A stretch of 64,000 bases of DNA from an uncultured Clostridia bacterium (lineage in GTDB: Bacteria > Bacillota > Limnochordia > Darwinibacteriales > DTU012), in assembly GCA_900019385.1 (NCBI GenBank), contig FIZJ01000011.1, positions 96,603 to 160,602 of the forward strand. The letters are read 5' to 3'. A program made the translations under genes and the position numbers. Below, piece after piece: positions 1-8,437 of this stretch. Below the pieces are notes generated by a model. The model had not been told where the DNA came from and did not search any database. It saw nothing but the letters and a program-made list of their open reading frames with translations. Position 1 is the stretch's first letter; the number at the start of each line of letters is the position of its first letter.

Positions 1-2
1 AT

Positions 3-569
3 CAATACCGCCGCTTCAAGATTCAATCAGTGGCTGGGGCGCCCAACGATTACCTGGCGATGCAGGAAGTGATCCGCCGCCGCTTCACGAGAGGAATCAG
101 GGAACAGCAGGGAGAACAGGAGACTACTTCCTTCAGCGATTTTCCCGACCTTGTCCTCATCGACGGCGGCAAAGGGCAGCTGGGCGCCGCAACCGCTGTC
201 CGGGACGAGTTGGGGCTGATGATTCCCATGATCAGCCTGGCGGAACGGAACGAGGAGATCTACCTGGAAGGCAAGGCCGCCCCGGTGCTTCTGCCCCGGG
301 AATCGCCGGGCCTCCATCTCGTCCAGCGGATCCGGGATGAGGCCCACCGCTTTGCCCTGGCTTATCACCGTAAGCTGCGGAGCAAGGCTGGGCGGCAGTC
401 GATTCTGGATCAAATCCCCGGTGTCGGGCCTAAACGCAAAAAGGCACTGATCAAGCATTTCGGCAGTGTTAAAAAAATCAAGGCCGCGACCGTCGAGCAG
501 CTGCAGGAAGTGGAAGGTATCGACCGGAAGCTGGCGGAGGAAATCTATCAGTTTGTGCGTGAACAATAA
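3..569 (+). CDS. uvrC: Excinuclease ABC subunit C, 3' part (5' truncated by the window)
   Basis: Open frame from base 3: YRRFKI..NDYLAMQEVIRRR, PDLVLIDGGKGQL, QRIRDEAHRFA and C-terminal HhH motifs (IPGVGPKRKKAL). Confidence 0.95.
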   Translation, partial: QYRRFKIQSVAGAPNDYLAMQEVIRRRFTRGIREQQGEQETTSFSDFPDLVLIDGGKGQLGAATAVRDELGLMIPMISLAERNEEIYLEGKAAPVLLPRESPGLHLVQRIRDEAHRFALAYHRKLRSKAGRQSILDQIPGVGPKRKKALIKHFGSVKKIKAATVEQLQEVEGIDRKLAEEIYQFVREQ

Positions 570-573
570 AAGA

Positions 574-614
574 CACCCCGGCGGGGAAAAACCCCAGCGG
601 GGTGCCTGTGTTTT
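574..614. terminator. GC-rich hairpin between convergent genes, probably a bidirectional terminator
   Basis: CACCCCG..GGGG-AAAAA-CCCC..CGGGGTG flanked by AAAA and TTTT. Confidence 0.6.
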
Positions 615-623
615 AGACGCAGG

Positions 624-1376
624 TTAGAACCTATAGCTGAAGCCGACCTGCAGCCCGCCTTGTTTGTAAGTGGCCTTCTTGATCTCGTAGTCGTCCTGAA
701 GCTTGATCGCGCCCACCGTAGTCCTGCTGCCGCCGTATCCGAGCCGGATCAGCAGTTGATCGTTGATACTGTAGTCAGCGGTCAGCTGGTAGCTGTACAC
801 TGAACCTCCGGTATCAACCTCATATTGGTTTGCCCTGTAAGTCCAGCTGTACCAGGGAGCAGCCTGGACGAGCGCCTTGATTTCCAAAGCTTCCATCACA
901 TGGAATGTCACCTGTGAGGATGCTATGAATCCGCTTCCGTCCAGGTGCACATTGGGGATGACTTGCCCTTCCTGCTCGACCAATTTCTTGAAATGAGCGG
1001 TGGCGAAATGATAACCCAGACCGGCATGGACTGTCATCGGTTCGATGGTGTAGAACTGATACAGCAGAGATCCCTGTGTATAAGTGGTGGACATGTACGC
1101 ATCGTTAGAGAAATCTTCGTTGTTGGAACTGTTGGCCATGCCTAAAGCGTGGTCGATCAACAGCATCAGATCGGGTGTTGGATTGAGCCTCCCCCGAATC
1201 ACCAGTTCCCACTGGTTGATTTTTGTCCCCTCATCGGTGTTGTTTAGGAGATGGTCAAAGTAAATGTCGCTGACATGGACATCAGCACCGATCGAAACCT
1301 GGTATTCGTTTTGGGCCAGAGCGGCGCCCGCGGTCAAAAACAGGCCGACGACTAGACAGATGATGGTTTTCTTCAT
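624..1376 (-). CDS. Predicted outer-membrane beta-barrel protein
   Basis: Sec signal peptide (MKK..ALA), alternating amphipathic strands, C-terminal GLQVGFSYRF resembling a BAM beta-signal; GGAGG RBS. Confidence 0.7.
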   Translation of the reverse strand: MKKTIICLVVGLFLTAGAALAQNEYQVSIGADVHVSDIYFDHLLNNTDEGTKINQWELVIRGRLNPTPDLMLLIDHALGMANSSNNEDFSNDAYMSTTYTQGSLLYQFYTIEPMTVHAGLGYHFATAHFKKLVEQEGQVIPNVHLDGSGFIASSQVTFHVMEALEIKALVQAAPWYSWTYRANQYEVDTGGSVYSYQLTADYSINDQLLIRLGYGGSRTTVGAIKLQDDYEIKKATYKQGGLQVGFSYRF

Positions 1377-1396
1377 TGTGCATCCTCCTCATATGC

Positions 1397-3262
1397 TTAC
1401 CGATAAATATCCAAACGTATCTGCAGGCCAGAAACATGCTTGTCTGGTTCCAGCACGATTTCCGACTCGTAATACCATTCTCCGGGATTGACCATTTGAT
1501 CCTGATTGGCGTCTATATGGGCTGTGACCCGGTACAAACCGGGCGGCAGCAGTTTATGGAAATACCGGTCCTGATCCAATTCTACCGCATAGTCGCCTCC
1601 TGTGTCGAGATTGGAAAAAACAACATCCGCCTTCTTAACCGGAGTGTTGGTAACGGCGGCATAGGCATTGACCAAACGCTGACCGGGACGCTCCGGGTCA
1701 AAGACAATTCCGGTGCTCCACAATAGTTCTTCTAAATCATCCTTGGTTATATTGGGGTAGGTGCTTTTTACAAGGGCCGCTATTGCTGTCACCAGGGGAG
1801 TGGCCATCGAGGTCCCCCGCCCCACGCTGTAGCCGTCGCCGTTTGGTTCAACAAGATCAGTGCTGTAGACACCCTTGCCGGGATCCAATTCTTCACCTCC
1901 CGGAGCGAACAGCCGGACCCCGTCTGCCGCCGAATAATAGGTTATCTGATGTTGGCTGGTTGTTGCTCCGACGGCAATCACCTCATCATACCCCGCCGGG
2001 TACAGCAGCTTGCCGCCATTTCCGGCAGCCGCCACCATGGTGATGCCTGCGGCGTCAGCCTCTTGAATTTTCGCATACAGCATATGTGTATGCGGCGATG
2101 ATAGGTTGGCGCCAAGGCTCATGTTGATCAGATCCACACCCAGCTCGATCGCCTTGTCGATGCCGGCGATCACGTGGCTGAGGCTGCTGCGGTTGTCTTT
2201 TCCCAGAACCACGATGGGAATGATCTCCACATCGGCGCCCCAGACAGCCCCGGCAACGCCTTTGGCGTTGTCCGCTGTCGCTCCGATGATCCCGATGACA
2301 TGGGTCCCATGGCTGTAGGGAGGCTTTTCGGGACGGCCGCTGCGGTGGAAATCGTCCCGGACATCACTGCTTTGATCCACTACATTGTATGCATCCTGCA
2401 GATTAAGGTTTTGCTGCAGGTCGGGATGATCGGCGGAGATGAGAGTATCGAGCACCGCGATTCTTACAGTTGCCCGGCGCTCCACCTGCGGCCAGGCAAA
2501 GGGCAGGTAGACAGCGGCAAGGTTCCACTGCCGATTGTATTCTGGATCGTTGGGGATCGCGGCCAGCTGGAGTTCGGCCGCAGCTGCCAGAGGGAAAACC
2601 GGGTAGTCGATGTCCGCCGCTTTGACGAGCGGATGAGCCCTGGCCTCGCTGAGGAACTGATCGATAGGCACCTCTTCCGGCTTGGAAAAGACGACGATCC
2701 CCGCTTCCAGAAAGAGCCGTGATCCCTCTGCCCCGATGTCTCTGCCGATAGCAAGCGCTGCTTCCTCGCTGCAGACATACGGCTCGACAATGATGTCCCA
2801 CGGTTCTTCATCCCAGGCTTCAGCCTCAAGTGGTCCAAAGTGGGCATCAAAGAGGGCCGGAAGCGGGACGGCGGGTATTTCCGGCAGCGCATAATCGACG
2901 GTGCCGGCGGCCACGCAATAGCTCTCGCCCCGGGGTGTGAGCTCGATTGACAAAAACACCTCCCGGTTTTTCCCCAGTGTTATCTTTTGTTCCACAGGCA
3001 GGTAGTCAGGATGCTCAACCTTGACCCGCAGCTTTGACTCAGAACCCCGCAGTGTTATGGAAAAACGCCCCTGCAGATCAGCCCGGAGCGAAAAAACACT
3101 TGATTCGCCAATGATGGCCACCTCGGCCCCGGCGACAGGAATATCGCTGTTCTCATGGCGGATGATGCCGGCGATGGTGTAGATTCTGGCCAGATGCCAG
3201 TTGATGCACCCCGCGAGAAGGATCAAAATCAAAAGCGCTGCTACCGGCAGGGTTCTCTGCAT
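1397..3262 (-). CDS. S8 (subtilisin-like) serine peptidase lipoprotein with N-terminal carboxypeptidase-regulatory-like beta domain
   Basis: Lipobox LAGC; triad motifs IAVLDT, HGTHVIGII, GTSMATP; oxyanion AAAGN; GGAGG RBS before ATG at 3262. Confidence 0.9.
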   Translation of the reverse strand: MQRTLPVAALLILILLAGCINWHLARIYTIAGIIRHENSDIPVAGAEVAIIGESSVFSLRADLQGRFSITLRGSESKLRVKVEHPDYLPVEQKITLGKNREVFLSIELTPRGESYCVAAGTVDYALPEIPAVPLPALFDAHFGPLEAEAWDEEPWDIIVEPYVCSEEAALAIGRDIGAEGSRLFLEAGIVVFSKPEEVPIDQFLSEARAHPLVKAADIDYPVFPLAAAAELQLAAIPNDPEYNRQWNLAAVYLPFAWPQVERRATVRIAVLDTLISADHPDLQQNLNLQDAYNVVDQSSDVRDDFHRSGRPEKPPYSHGTHVIGIIGATADNAKGVAGAVWGADVEIIPIVVLGKDNRSSLSHVIAGIDKAIELGVDLINMSLGANLSSPHTHMLYAKIQEADAAGITMVAAAGNGGKLLYPAGYDEVIAVGATTSQHQITYYSAADGVRLFAPGGEELDPGKGVYSTDLVEPNGDGYSVGRGTSMATPLVTAIAALVKSTYPNITKDDLEELLWSTGIVFDPERPGQRLVNAYAAVTNTPVKKADVVFSNLDTGGDYAVELDQDRYFHKLLPPGLYRVTAHIDANQDQMVNPGEWYYESEIVLEPDKHVSGLQIRLDIYR

Positions 3263-3291
3263 GGACGCACCTCCGCTGTGTGTTACCAAAT

Positions 3292-3320
3292 ATATTCGCT
3301 GCCGCGATCATAATCCCTGT
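3292..3320 (-). promoter_or_regulatory. SigH-like promoter of the S8/OMP operon
   Basis: Minus strand ACAGGGATT-N12-GCGAATAT. Confidence 0.5.
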
Positions 3321-3353
3321 TGGCAGGATGGATCTCTAATCGTATTAAAATAA

Positions 3354-3394
3354 TTAAGGTAAACCTTGACATTTTCAATATATGGATTTATATT
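3354..3394 (+). promoter_or_regulatory. SigA promoter with an overlapping palindromic operator
   Basis: TTGACA(3366)-17-TATATT(3389); TTAAGGT-AA-ACCTTGA (3354-3369) overlaps the -35. Confidence 0.65.
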
Positions 3395-3449
3395 ATTTAA
3401 GTAGATGAACAAAATAGCATCGTGTCCTTAATAACATTAAGGTGGTGAT

Positions 3450-3821
3450 TTGAATTTGGAAAGGCGATTGGTAAGCAAGTGTCCGATTTGCGGCGGCCGC
3501 ATGCACATCACGCAGCTGCACTGTGGGAGCTGCGATACCTCCTTGACAGGGCGGTTCGCCCCCTGCAAATTCTGTCAGCTCACAGCGGAACAGCAGGAGT
3601 TTGTGGAGGTGTTTTTAGCGTCCCGAGGCAACATCAAGGAGGTGGAGCGGCTTTTGGGTATTTCCTACCCCACAGTCCGCAGCCGTCTTGATCAAATCAT
3701 AGAGGCTTTGGGCTACCGGGTCGAGTACCAGGAAACGGACTCCCACCGCAAAGATATTCTCAAAGCCCTGAGCGATGGCGAAATCACGGCGGAAGAGGCC
3801 ATCAAGCTTTTAAAAAGGTAA
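3450..3821 (+). CDS. DUF2089 family protein (Zn ribbon, HTH, SHOCT-like tail), likely regulator
   Basis: CPICGG..CGSC, GNIKEVERLLGISYPTVRSRLD, tail ILKALSDGEITAEEAIKLL. Confidence 0.85.
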   Translation: MNLERRLVSKCPICGGRMHITQLHCGSCDTSLTGRFAPCKFCQLTAEQQEFVEVFLASRGNIKEVERLLGISYPTVRSRLDQIIEALGYRVEYQETDSHRKDILKALSDGEITAEEAIKLLKR

Positions 3822-3836
3822 GGAGGCGGATCAGGC

Positions 3837-5009
3837 ATGCACGAAGAACGCTTGTTAATCCTGAAAATGGTGGAGTCAGGCAAAATCACGGCGCAAGAAG
3901 CGGCGGAGCTTTTGGAAGCCCTGGAGGAAGAGGAGGCGCCGAAGCAGGCCAAAGGTGACGATGTTTGGCGCAGAATCGAGAAGCAAAGTGAAGAACTGGC
4001 CAGGAAGATCGAGCGGGCGGCTGAACGGTTCAGCCAATCCATTGAAACGAAACTGGAAGATACGGGGATTTCTGAGCAGTTGGGCAATCTTCAGCGCTGG
4101 CTTACAAAACTTCCGTTCTTAAGCGGTATCGCCAATGATGTCCATGAGTTCGTCCAGGAAGTCGAGGGCAGCTTCGCCCCGGACGCGGAGGGAATTCCGC
4201 TTTTGGTCAAGAACATCAACGGCGCCATCGATGTGGAAGGCTGGGAAGGGGAAGGCTTCAAACTGGTGGTCACACACCGAATCAGGGCCAAAGATCGGGA
4301 TGGAGCGCTGGACAAAATGACCCAGATTGATCTGCCGCAGCAAGGGGCGGTCATTGACCGGCTGGAAATAGAAGTGCGTGAGCAAAACGACACCAGCATC
4401 TCTTTTAAGCTTTTCGTACCTCGGAAAGGGCCTTATGTGCTGCGCATGAGATCCAACAACGGCCGGTGTCAAGTGAGCAACATGCTGGCCAAGAGCGTGG
4501 AAGTGGACACCATCAACGGATCGGTGGGCATCAGCCAAGTCAAGGCCGATACCATGCTCACCAAAACCAACAATGGGTCGAACAACCTGAACTATGTCGA
4601 AGCTAACCTGGTTCAGCAGCGCACAGCCAATGGCTCGATCAAATTCGCCGGCAGCGGCCGCAAGATCGCCTGTGGCTCGACGAACGGCAGTGTCCGGGTC
4701 TCGCCTTTGGCCTTTGCCCATGAGCAGAGTGAAATCGATATCCATACCGTGAACGGTTCAGTGCGGTGCCACCTGCCGCAGCTTCCGGATCTCCACGTCA
4801 AGCTCGATGCCGCTTCGTCAGTGGGGAAAATCACTGTCGGCCTGGCGAATTTCGCGGTGGAATCGGAGCAGAAGGGCGGCAGCATGCATAAAGTAGTTGG
4901 AGCAGCCGCAGGTCAAACCGAGGGAGGTAAAACGATCACCATCCGTACCCGCACCGGCTGCGGCTCAATCTATATCGGACATGAGAGGGATCACCATGGC
5001 ACTCACTAA
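3837..5009 (+). CDS. DUF4097 (YvlB/LiaX-like) beta-repeat protein with N-terminal SHOCT-like domain
   Basis: EERLLILKMVESGKITAQEAAELLEAL; repeated T/S-x-N-G-S-V/I motifs. Confidence 0.85.
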   Translation: MHEERLLILKMVESGKITAQEAAELLEALEEEEAPKQAKGDDVWRRIEKQSEELARKIERAAERFSQSIETKLEDTGISEQLGNLQRWLTKLPFLSGIANDVHEFVQEVEGSFAPDAEGIPLLVKNINGAIDVEGWEGEGFKLVVTHRIRAKDRDGALDKMTQIDLPQQGAVIDRLEIEVREQNDTSISFKLFVPRKGPYVLRMRSNNGRCQVSNMLAKSVEVDTINGSVGISQVKADTMLTKTNNGSNNLNYVEANLVQQRTANGSIKFAGSGRKIACGSTNGSVRVSPLAFAHEQSEIDIHTVNGSVRCHLPQLPDLHVKLDAASSVGKITVGLANFAVESEQKGGSMHKVVGAAAGQTEGGKTITIRTRTGCGSIYIGHERDHHGTH

Positions 5010-5343
5010 AGAACAGCTTCAGATTTTGGAGATGCTGAAGGAAGGCAAGATCAGTGTGGAAGAAAGCGCCAAACTGTTGGAAGCGGTGAATGAACCCAAA
5101 CCCGGGAACCGCCCTAAAGCCACCAGAGTGATTGTCACCATCACCGAGTCCGGCAAGGACACGACCAATCTCAGGATTCCCGTTACTTTGGCGACGGTGT
5201 TTTGGAAGTTCGTGCCGAAAGATATTCAGGCTCAGATCAATCTGGATTTGATTCTGGAGCAGATTGAAGCAGGAGCGACGGGGGAGATTATCGAAATAGA
5301 GCAACCGGCGCAGCAGCGCAAGATCAATATTAGTCTCGCCTGA
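4996..5343 (+). CDS. Small SHOCT-like domain protein
   Basis: EQLQILEMLKEGKISVEESAKLLEAV followed by NLRIPV..GEIIEI; GAGGGA RBS; overlaps the previous stop. Confidence 0.8.
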   Translation: MALTKEQLQILEMLKEGKISVEESAKLLEAVNEPKPGNRPKATRVIVTITESGKDTTNLRIPVTLATVFWKFVPKDIQAQINLDLILEQIEAGATGEIIEIEQPAQQRKINISLA

Positions 5344-5367
5344 GCAGATGCGGCAAAGGGGATCGGA

Positions 5368-6168
5368 ATGATTAGACTGGTGGCGCTTGATATCGACGAC
5401 ACACTCATGGACAGCAAGGGAAACATACCACAGGCCAATCTGGAAGCGATTGATCGGGTCAGGAGGCAGGGTGTGGAAGTTGTCCTGGTGACAGGGAGGA
5501 TGCACTGCAGGGCACTGCCGTATGCCCGAATGCTCAAGCTGGATCCGGAACAGGTCTTGATCAGCTACAACGGAGCGATGCTGAGGAAGATCAGCGGTGA
5601 GGAAATAGCGCATATCCCGCTGGAACACCACACTGCCCTGGAACTGATCGAGTACTTTCAAAACAGGAACCGCACAGTCCAGATTTACCATGACGATCAG
5701 CTGTATGTGGCGGAAATCGATGCCAATGTGGAGTACTATATGCGCATGTCCGGGGCTGAAGCCCGGCCTGTGGGGGATCTGTACCGGTTTGCGGCTGATC
5801 AGAGCAAGGCCTTGTCCAAGCTGCTGGTGGTGGGCAGCGAGGAAGAGGTGGCCGAGGAGATCAGCTTGGCGCAGATCCGGTTTGGTTCCATCGTTCAAGT
5901 GGTCCAGTCGAAAAAACGCTATATCGAGATCACTCATCTCGATGCCACGAAAGGCAAAGCCCTGGCCTATCTCGCCGGGCGCCTCGGTTATCGCCGGGAG
6001 GAAGTCATGGCGGTGGGCGACGGCGGCAACGATCTGGGAATGATTGAATGGGCGGGGGTTGGTGTGGCTGTAGGCAACGCTCCGGAGCATGTCAAAGCCG
6101 CAGCCGATTTTGTCACCAAGACTCATGACGAAGCTGGAGTGGCATACGCCTTGGACCGGTTTGTCTAG
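5368..6168 (+). CDS. Cof-type HAD-IIB hydrolase
   Basis: ALDIDDTL, VTGR, ISYNGA, TKG, VGDGGNDLGMI. Confidence 0.9.
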   Translation: MIRLVALDIDDTLMDSKGNIPQANLEAIDRVRRQGVEVVLVTGRMHCRALPYARMLKLDPEQVLISYNGAMLRKISGEEIAHIPLEHHTALELIEYFQNRNRTVQIYHDDQLYVAEIDANVEYYMRMSGAEARPVGDLYRFAADQSKALSKLLVVGSEEEVAEEISLAQIRFGSIVQVVQSKKRYIEITHLDATKGKALAYLAGRLGYRREEVMAVGDGGNDLGMIEWAGVGVAVGNAPEHVKAAADFVTKTHDEAGVAYALDRFV

Positions 6169-6190
6169 GGTTTGGAGCAGAAGCATGAGC

Positions 6191-6230
6191 TGGGTGCGTG
6201 TCCCGGTTAACCCGGGTGCGCACCCATTTC
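6191..6230 (+). terminator. Hairpin after the Cof gene
   Basis: TGGGTGCG..CCCGG-TTAA-CCCGGG..CGCACCCA-TTTC. Confidence 0.5.
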
Positions 6231-6277
6231 ATTAGCAGGAAGTCCCAGATCTGGGAACAAATCCATAACGGCTTCTA

Positions 6278-6306
6278 GCAGGACTTATGTTGGACAACGA
6301 GAATAT
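6278..6306 (+). promoter_or_regulatory. SigH-like promoter
   Basis: GCAGGACTT-N12-GAGAATAT. Confidence 0.55.
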
Positions 6307-6311
6307 CTTAA

Positions 6312-6635
6312 GCGAAAGTTGTAACGAGCCGGGCTTCGTTACAGCTGAACTAACTTATGTTAGTTATGGTTGCGCCGGCACAGTATTCCTGCGGCAATGC
6401 AGGAAAGGAGGTGACAGTTCCCCCAAGGCAGACAACCGGGGAGTATTGGAATGGCCGCAGCCGGAGCTTCATGCCCAGACAATCGAATGAACACGGCACC
6501 ATCCGCACACGAAGGGAATATAGCAGATGAGGAAACATGGACACTCACCTGCGGTGATTCCTTCAGACGCACCAGATATCAAGACCAAAGTCTGTTCAAG
6601 CATGGAATAAACAGATTAAGGGGGATCACAAACGA
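6312..6635 (+). promoter_or_regulatory. Long structured 5' leader with orphan Shine-Dalgarno
   Basis: Five hairpins; GAAAGGAGGTGA at 6403-6414 has no start codon behind it. Confidence 0.5.
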
Positions 6636-7994
6636 ATGAAGAAATCAGTGATGATTCTTACACTAGTGCTTGCAATGACAATTTCCGGTTCGGTTCTCGC
6701 CGCCGGAATCAAGTTCGACGGTTCGCTGAAATCCAATCTCGAGTGGTACAGAGATCTGGAAGGCACCATCGAGACTCGTCCATCTTCCGAGCTGAGCCTG
6801 AACTTCGGTTTGGACACAGCCGGTGAGAAGACCAGAGCTGTTGTGGAATTCGGCATCGGCCACAAGAACAATCAAGGCTTGGATCTTGACCTGGATCCCA
6901 GCAACCTGGTTCTGAAGAAGGCCTATATCGAGACTGACGGTGCCTTCTGGCACGGCGGCCCTGAGGCCACCACCCGTTTTGGCAGCCTGGACATCGATTA
7001 CGGCCCGTTCAGCGTGGTCAAGAACCAATACGGCATCAGCGTGAGCAACATGAACATCGGGCCGGTTTCAGTCAAAGGCTTCTACGGCATCCCGACCCAA
7101 GAGCGCAAATCGATTCAAGGCTTGCGGGCTGACATGCTCATGGACAACATCGCCGCCGGCGCAGCCCTGGTTCACGACTGGGATGCACTGCATGTGGCAG
7201 TGGACGGCGCGATCCGGCCGATGGAGGATCTGATTCTCGGCGCTTCAGTGGCTACAGAAATCGATCTGAGATCAGAAGATGTTGAAGAACAAGAAGAAGG
7301 CCAAGAGGAAGAGAGCGCACTCAGGCACATGTTCGCAGTCGGAGCTCAATACCAGGTAATGGACAACCTGACTGTCCGCGGCGGTTACAAAGCTATTTCG
7401 GAAGGCTGGAAGCCGGAATACCTGGCTGACAAGGCCAAGAAAGCATCCGACGACCGCGGCCAGAATTGGATCCACGAAAGCGAACGGAGAAACAGCGGTT
7501 TCTATGCTGGCATCGCCACCAACCAAGCTGGCATCCAGCTGACAGCCGACTACGATCAGATCTTTGACGAGGCAGTGCTGAGCGCTGCGACCGATGTGGA
7601 AGGGTACAACCTCAACGTTGAGACCGTGCTGGCAGTAGGCGGCGAGGAAGGCATCAAGACCCAGAGCACCAAACTGGGAGTGGAAAAAGCGTTCGCAGTG
7701 ATGGACGGCCTGGATGTCACCGCCAACTACAGCGGCCAATGGACTCCCGATACTGGGCTGGTGCACACTGTAGGCGCCAAGACAAAGGTAGGCTTCATCC
7801 CTGCAGTGAAAGGGCTTGAGCTGAACAGCGAAGTGACTGTTTCCGATCTGGAAACCATCGGCTACCAGGTTGGGGCTGCCTTCAAGGCACCAAACGGTAT
7901 TGATCTAAGCATCAAGCACGTAGGCGGCAACTTTGCAGACGAATCGATCAAGACCGGTACCACAGCCAAAGCAGGTATCGCAGTCAAGTTCTAA
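6636..7994 (+). CDS. Predicted major outer-membrane beta-barrel (porin-like) protein
   Basis: Signal peptide MKK..VLA, many amphipathic strands, C-terminal AGIAVKF, C-ending codon bias, own terminator. Confidence 0.7.
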   Translation: MKKSVMILTLVLAMTISGSVLAAGIKFDGSLKSNLEWYRDLEGTIETRPSSELSLNFGLDTAGEKTRAVVEFGIGHKNNQGLDLDLDPSNLVLKKAYIETDGAFWHGGPEATTRFGSLDIDYGPFSVVKNQYGISVSNMNIGPVSVKGFYGIPTQERKSIQGLRADMLMDNIAAGAALVHDWDALHVAVDGAIRPMEDLILGASVATEIDLRSEDVEEQEEGQEEESALRHMFAVGAQYQVMDNLTVRGGYKAISEGWKPEYLADKAKKASDDRGQNWIHESERRNSGFYAGIATNQAGIQLTADYDQIFDEAVLSAATDVEGYNLNVETVLAVGGEEGIKTQSTKLGVEKAFAVMDGLDVTANYSGQWTPDTGLVHTVGAKTKVGFIPAVKGLELNSEVTVSDLETIGYQVGAAFKAPNGIDLSIKHVGGNFADESIKTGTTAKAGIAVKF

Positions 7995-8014
7995 TTGTAA
8001 ACCGAGACTCATAA

Positions 8015-8046
8015 ATAAAGCGGCCTGTCCCCACAGGCCGCTTTAT
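8015..8046 (+). terminator. Rho-independent terminator
   Basis: ATAAAGCGGCCTGT-CCCC-ACAGGCCGCTTTAT perfect 14-bp stem. Confidence 0.8.
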
Positions 8047-8077
8047 CGTTGCAGGAGTGAAATATCCGGCGGTTAAG

Positions 8078-8200
8078 GCAGGAATTCAGAGAATTGCGGT
8101 GAATATTAATTGAGAATCCGCCTGTTGCTGCCGCAGGCTTTAACAAGTCATTAAAAATGTATTAATTAAAAGAAGGATATTTATTTCGGTTGTGGAATAG
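8078..8200 (+). promoter_or_regulatory. Two tandem SigH-like promoters upstream of msmX
   Basis: GCAGGAATT-N12-GTGAATAT (8078-8106); GAAGGATAT-N12-TGGAATAG (8172-8200). Confidence 0.55.
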
Positions 8201-8437
8201 TCAGAGTAAGAGAGATACCGAGTGCACTGTGTTTCAGCATGTAATGTCGGTTTTTTCAGGAAAATGCCGTAGACTCTCAGTTGGTTCAGGCAGCTTTTTG
8301 TGATCTCTCTACTGACAATGGAAAAGTAAAATATAATCGAAATGTTTCCGGGAGGTGTTACACAGGTAATTTTATCAATCACTCGTAAGATACCCAATAA
8401 GCCAGCACGCTAAATTTTATATAGAGGAGGGTAATTA

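Noticed and set aside
6287-6639. Short ORFs in the OMP leader; possible 6S, SRP or tmRNA identity
   Set aside because: No credible RBS/start pairing, and no hallmark motifs of those RNAs were recognised
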